Shown here: one piece after another, positions 62,413 to 64,000 of the stretch | How positions within the stretch are numbered: the first letter of the stretch is position 1 | How the letters are laid out: the number at the start of each line of letters is the position of its first letter | From: Aulosira sp. ZfuVER01 | Lineage (GTDB): Bacteria; Cyanobacteriota; Cyanobacteriia; Cyanobacteriales; Nostocaceae | DNA length: 64,000 bases | Direction of reading: 5' to 3' | Assembly: GCA_034530615.2 (NCBI GenBank) | Contig: JAVRCV020000055.1 | Coordinates: forward strand, 1-64,000 | Program-made: the position numbers and the translations under genes | Notes under the pieces: generated by a model | The model's database searches: none | What the model was told of the DNA's origin: nothing | Seen by the model: only the letters and a program-made list of their open reading frames with translations

Positions 62413-64000
62413 ATGCTTCTCCGACATACATCAGTAATACTCGCTTCGCTTTTCACATTATCAAACCCCATCACTCTCGCTTTTTCTGATACCTCAAAAT
62501 ATTGGGCAAAAGATTGTGTTCAACAACTAGGAGAACGTAAATTAATCACAGGCTACCCTGATGGTAGTTTTCGCCCAGATGCAACGGTGACACGCGCTGA
62601 AGCAGCCGTATTAATGTTGAATGCTTTCCCCGATGCAGCAGTGAAGCGCAGTGCGACTACATTTAAAGATGTCCCTGCTAATTATTGGGCAAACAAAGCA
62701 ATTACTACTGCTTATCAAAAAGGCTTTTTTTCTGGTTATCCAGGAGGAGTTTTTCAACCTAACCAGGCGATTCCCCGCGCCCAAATTATCGGTGTTGTTG
62801 CTGGGGGAAAAAATTATAGTCCTTTACCTAACCCAGCGCAGAGATTACAACAGTATTTTAACGATGCGGCACAAATTCCTAGCTATGCTCAAAATGCGAT
62901 CGCATCTGCCACTATTAACAGTATTGTCGTCAACTATCCCCAAGTCAAACAGCTAAAACCCCAACAAAGTGCTACCAGAGGCGAAGTCGCAGCTTTGATG
63001 TGTCGGGCGTTAAATATTTACACTGTACCACCACAATATATTGCTGGCGTGGAAGTACACCAGCAAGAAGTGCGCCTTTTACCCGGAAAACTCGATACTA
63101 TCCCCACCTTTAATAGCAATAGTCCCGAACTAGTAACTACTGAAGGAATTTTACTGTCAACCTTCCCCCCTGATAACAAACAAGTCCCGGAAGCACACCT
63201 TAATTATCCCTTCCAAGGTAGGTTTGATTTATTTGCCCATCATATCGTCAGGGCGGAAACGTCAGCCCAAAGCCGTACTGTTTACCAAGGAATTATCGTC
63301 CATAATCCAGGTAATGAACCTGCGACACTGCAAGTTTTACATGCAGCGAGTTACCTTTCTGTTGAAGCACCTTTTATATCTTTGCCTGATATGGTGGATA
63401 ATCCCCAAAGTACAGTTTACGCTGGGCCTGGTAGTCGGACAATGAGTGATGTACTGCGGGGAATTAGGCAAGAGAATTTTCCTGAAAAGCTAGTCATAGA
63501 ACCAGGAAAAACGCAAATATTAGCGAATTTACCCATTCCTGTACAGGCTCCCTCTTCTAATGGTCGCACAACGATGATGCGATTAGCGAGCGATCGCCCA
63601 GTTTATCTTGCAAATTTAGCAAAAAATAGCGATCGCCCTCCTACCGTAGCCGAATGGCAAAAGCTGTTAGATACAGGCAGTTTAGCAGGAAAACGCGATC
63701 CCATTCCCACACCGCTTGACCCTCCTAGAGAACCGACGGTGTTTAGCCGCGTTGCTGGTGTCTCCCAAGGAACGCAATGGCAAGCAAATCTGACGGATAA
63801 TCCAAATGTGTCAGAGTTGACGATACCACAGCCAGGAAAGGCTTTTTCTTATCCTTTAGGTACTGTGCATTTAATTACCCTCAGCACCGGGCAAATTCAG
63901 AGTGCGCCGATGTTGAAACGCTATCCTGATACGGCGTACTTTGCTCACAGTAACTATGGTGTAGAGTACAATCTGACTTTACCGCTACACAATTCTAGTA
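62413..64000 (+). CDS. SLH-domain protein with DUF3370 domain (runs off the window end; not in ORF track)
   Basis: own translation from ATG 62413: GYPDGSFRPDATVTRAE (SLH x3), then FNSNSPE...GILLSTFP...FDLFAHH...HSNYGVEY. Confidence 0.85.
   Translation, partial: MLLRHTSVILASLFTLSNPITLAFSDTSKYWAKDCVQQLGERKLITGYPDGSFRPDATVTRAEAAVLMLNAFPDAAVKRSATTFKDVPANYWANKAITTAYQKGFFSGYPGGVFQPNQAIPRAQIIGVVAGGKNYSPLPNPAQRLQQYFNDAAQIPSYAQNAIASATINSIVVNYPQVKQLKPQQSATRGEVAALMCRALNIYTVPPQYIAGVEVHQQEVRLLPGKLDTIPTFNSNSPELVTTEGILLSTFPPDNKQVPEAHLNYPFQGRFDLFAHHIVRAETSAQSRTVYQGIIVHNPGNEPATLQVLHAASYLSVEAPFISLPDMVDNPQSTVYAGPGSRTMSDVLRGIRQENFPEKLVIEPGKTQILANLPIPVQAPSSNGRTTMMRLASDRPVYLANLAKNSDRPPTVAEWQKLLDTGSLAGKRDPIPTPLDPPREPTVFSRVAGVSQGTQWQANLTDNPNVSELTIPQPGKAFSYPLGTVHLITLSTGQIQSAPMLKRYPDTAYFAHSNYGVEYNLTLPLHNSS

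Overview
64 kb of chromosome from a heterocyst-forming (Nostocales-type) cyanobacterium. This assignment rests on frequent HIP1 GCGATCGC sites, STRR/SDR-like short repeats and a cox3-type oxidase operon. The left third is stress/redox and signalling genes: PRC-barrel protein, hydrolases, aldo-keto reductase, SDR, nitroreductase and an RHH-fused hybrid kinase. It also holds a macrodomain-like/KAP P-loop NTPase fusion and a DUF4347/cadherin/RTX adhesin that appears to sit inside a broken doxX gene next to a MITE. The middle has a filamentous-haemagglutinin-type protein, a very large RcaC-like regulator/kinase fusion, a fibro-slime PEP-CTERM gene with a possibly structured leader, and a CuA-less heme-copper oxidase operon. 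At 41.4-44.0 kb is a collapsed type III CRISPR-Cas locus: 2.5 diverged repeats fused directly to a RelE-like C-terminal domain, a doubly frameshifted csx7, one intact nuclease-fold ORF, a truncated RAMP gene, an IS5 scar and a cas gene tail. The right third has an EF-G paralogue, HicAB and DUF1778/GNAT toxin-antitoxin pairs, and core genes (uppS, cdaA, lysA, rimI, clpC). All family assignments come from motif recognition by eye; no database searches were run.
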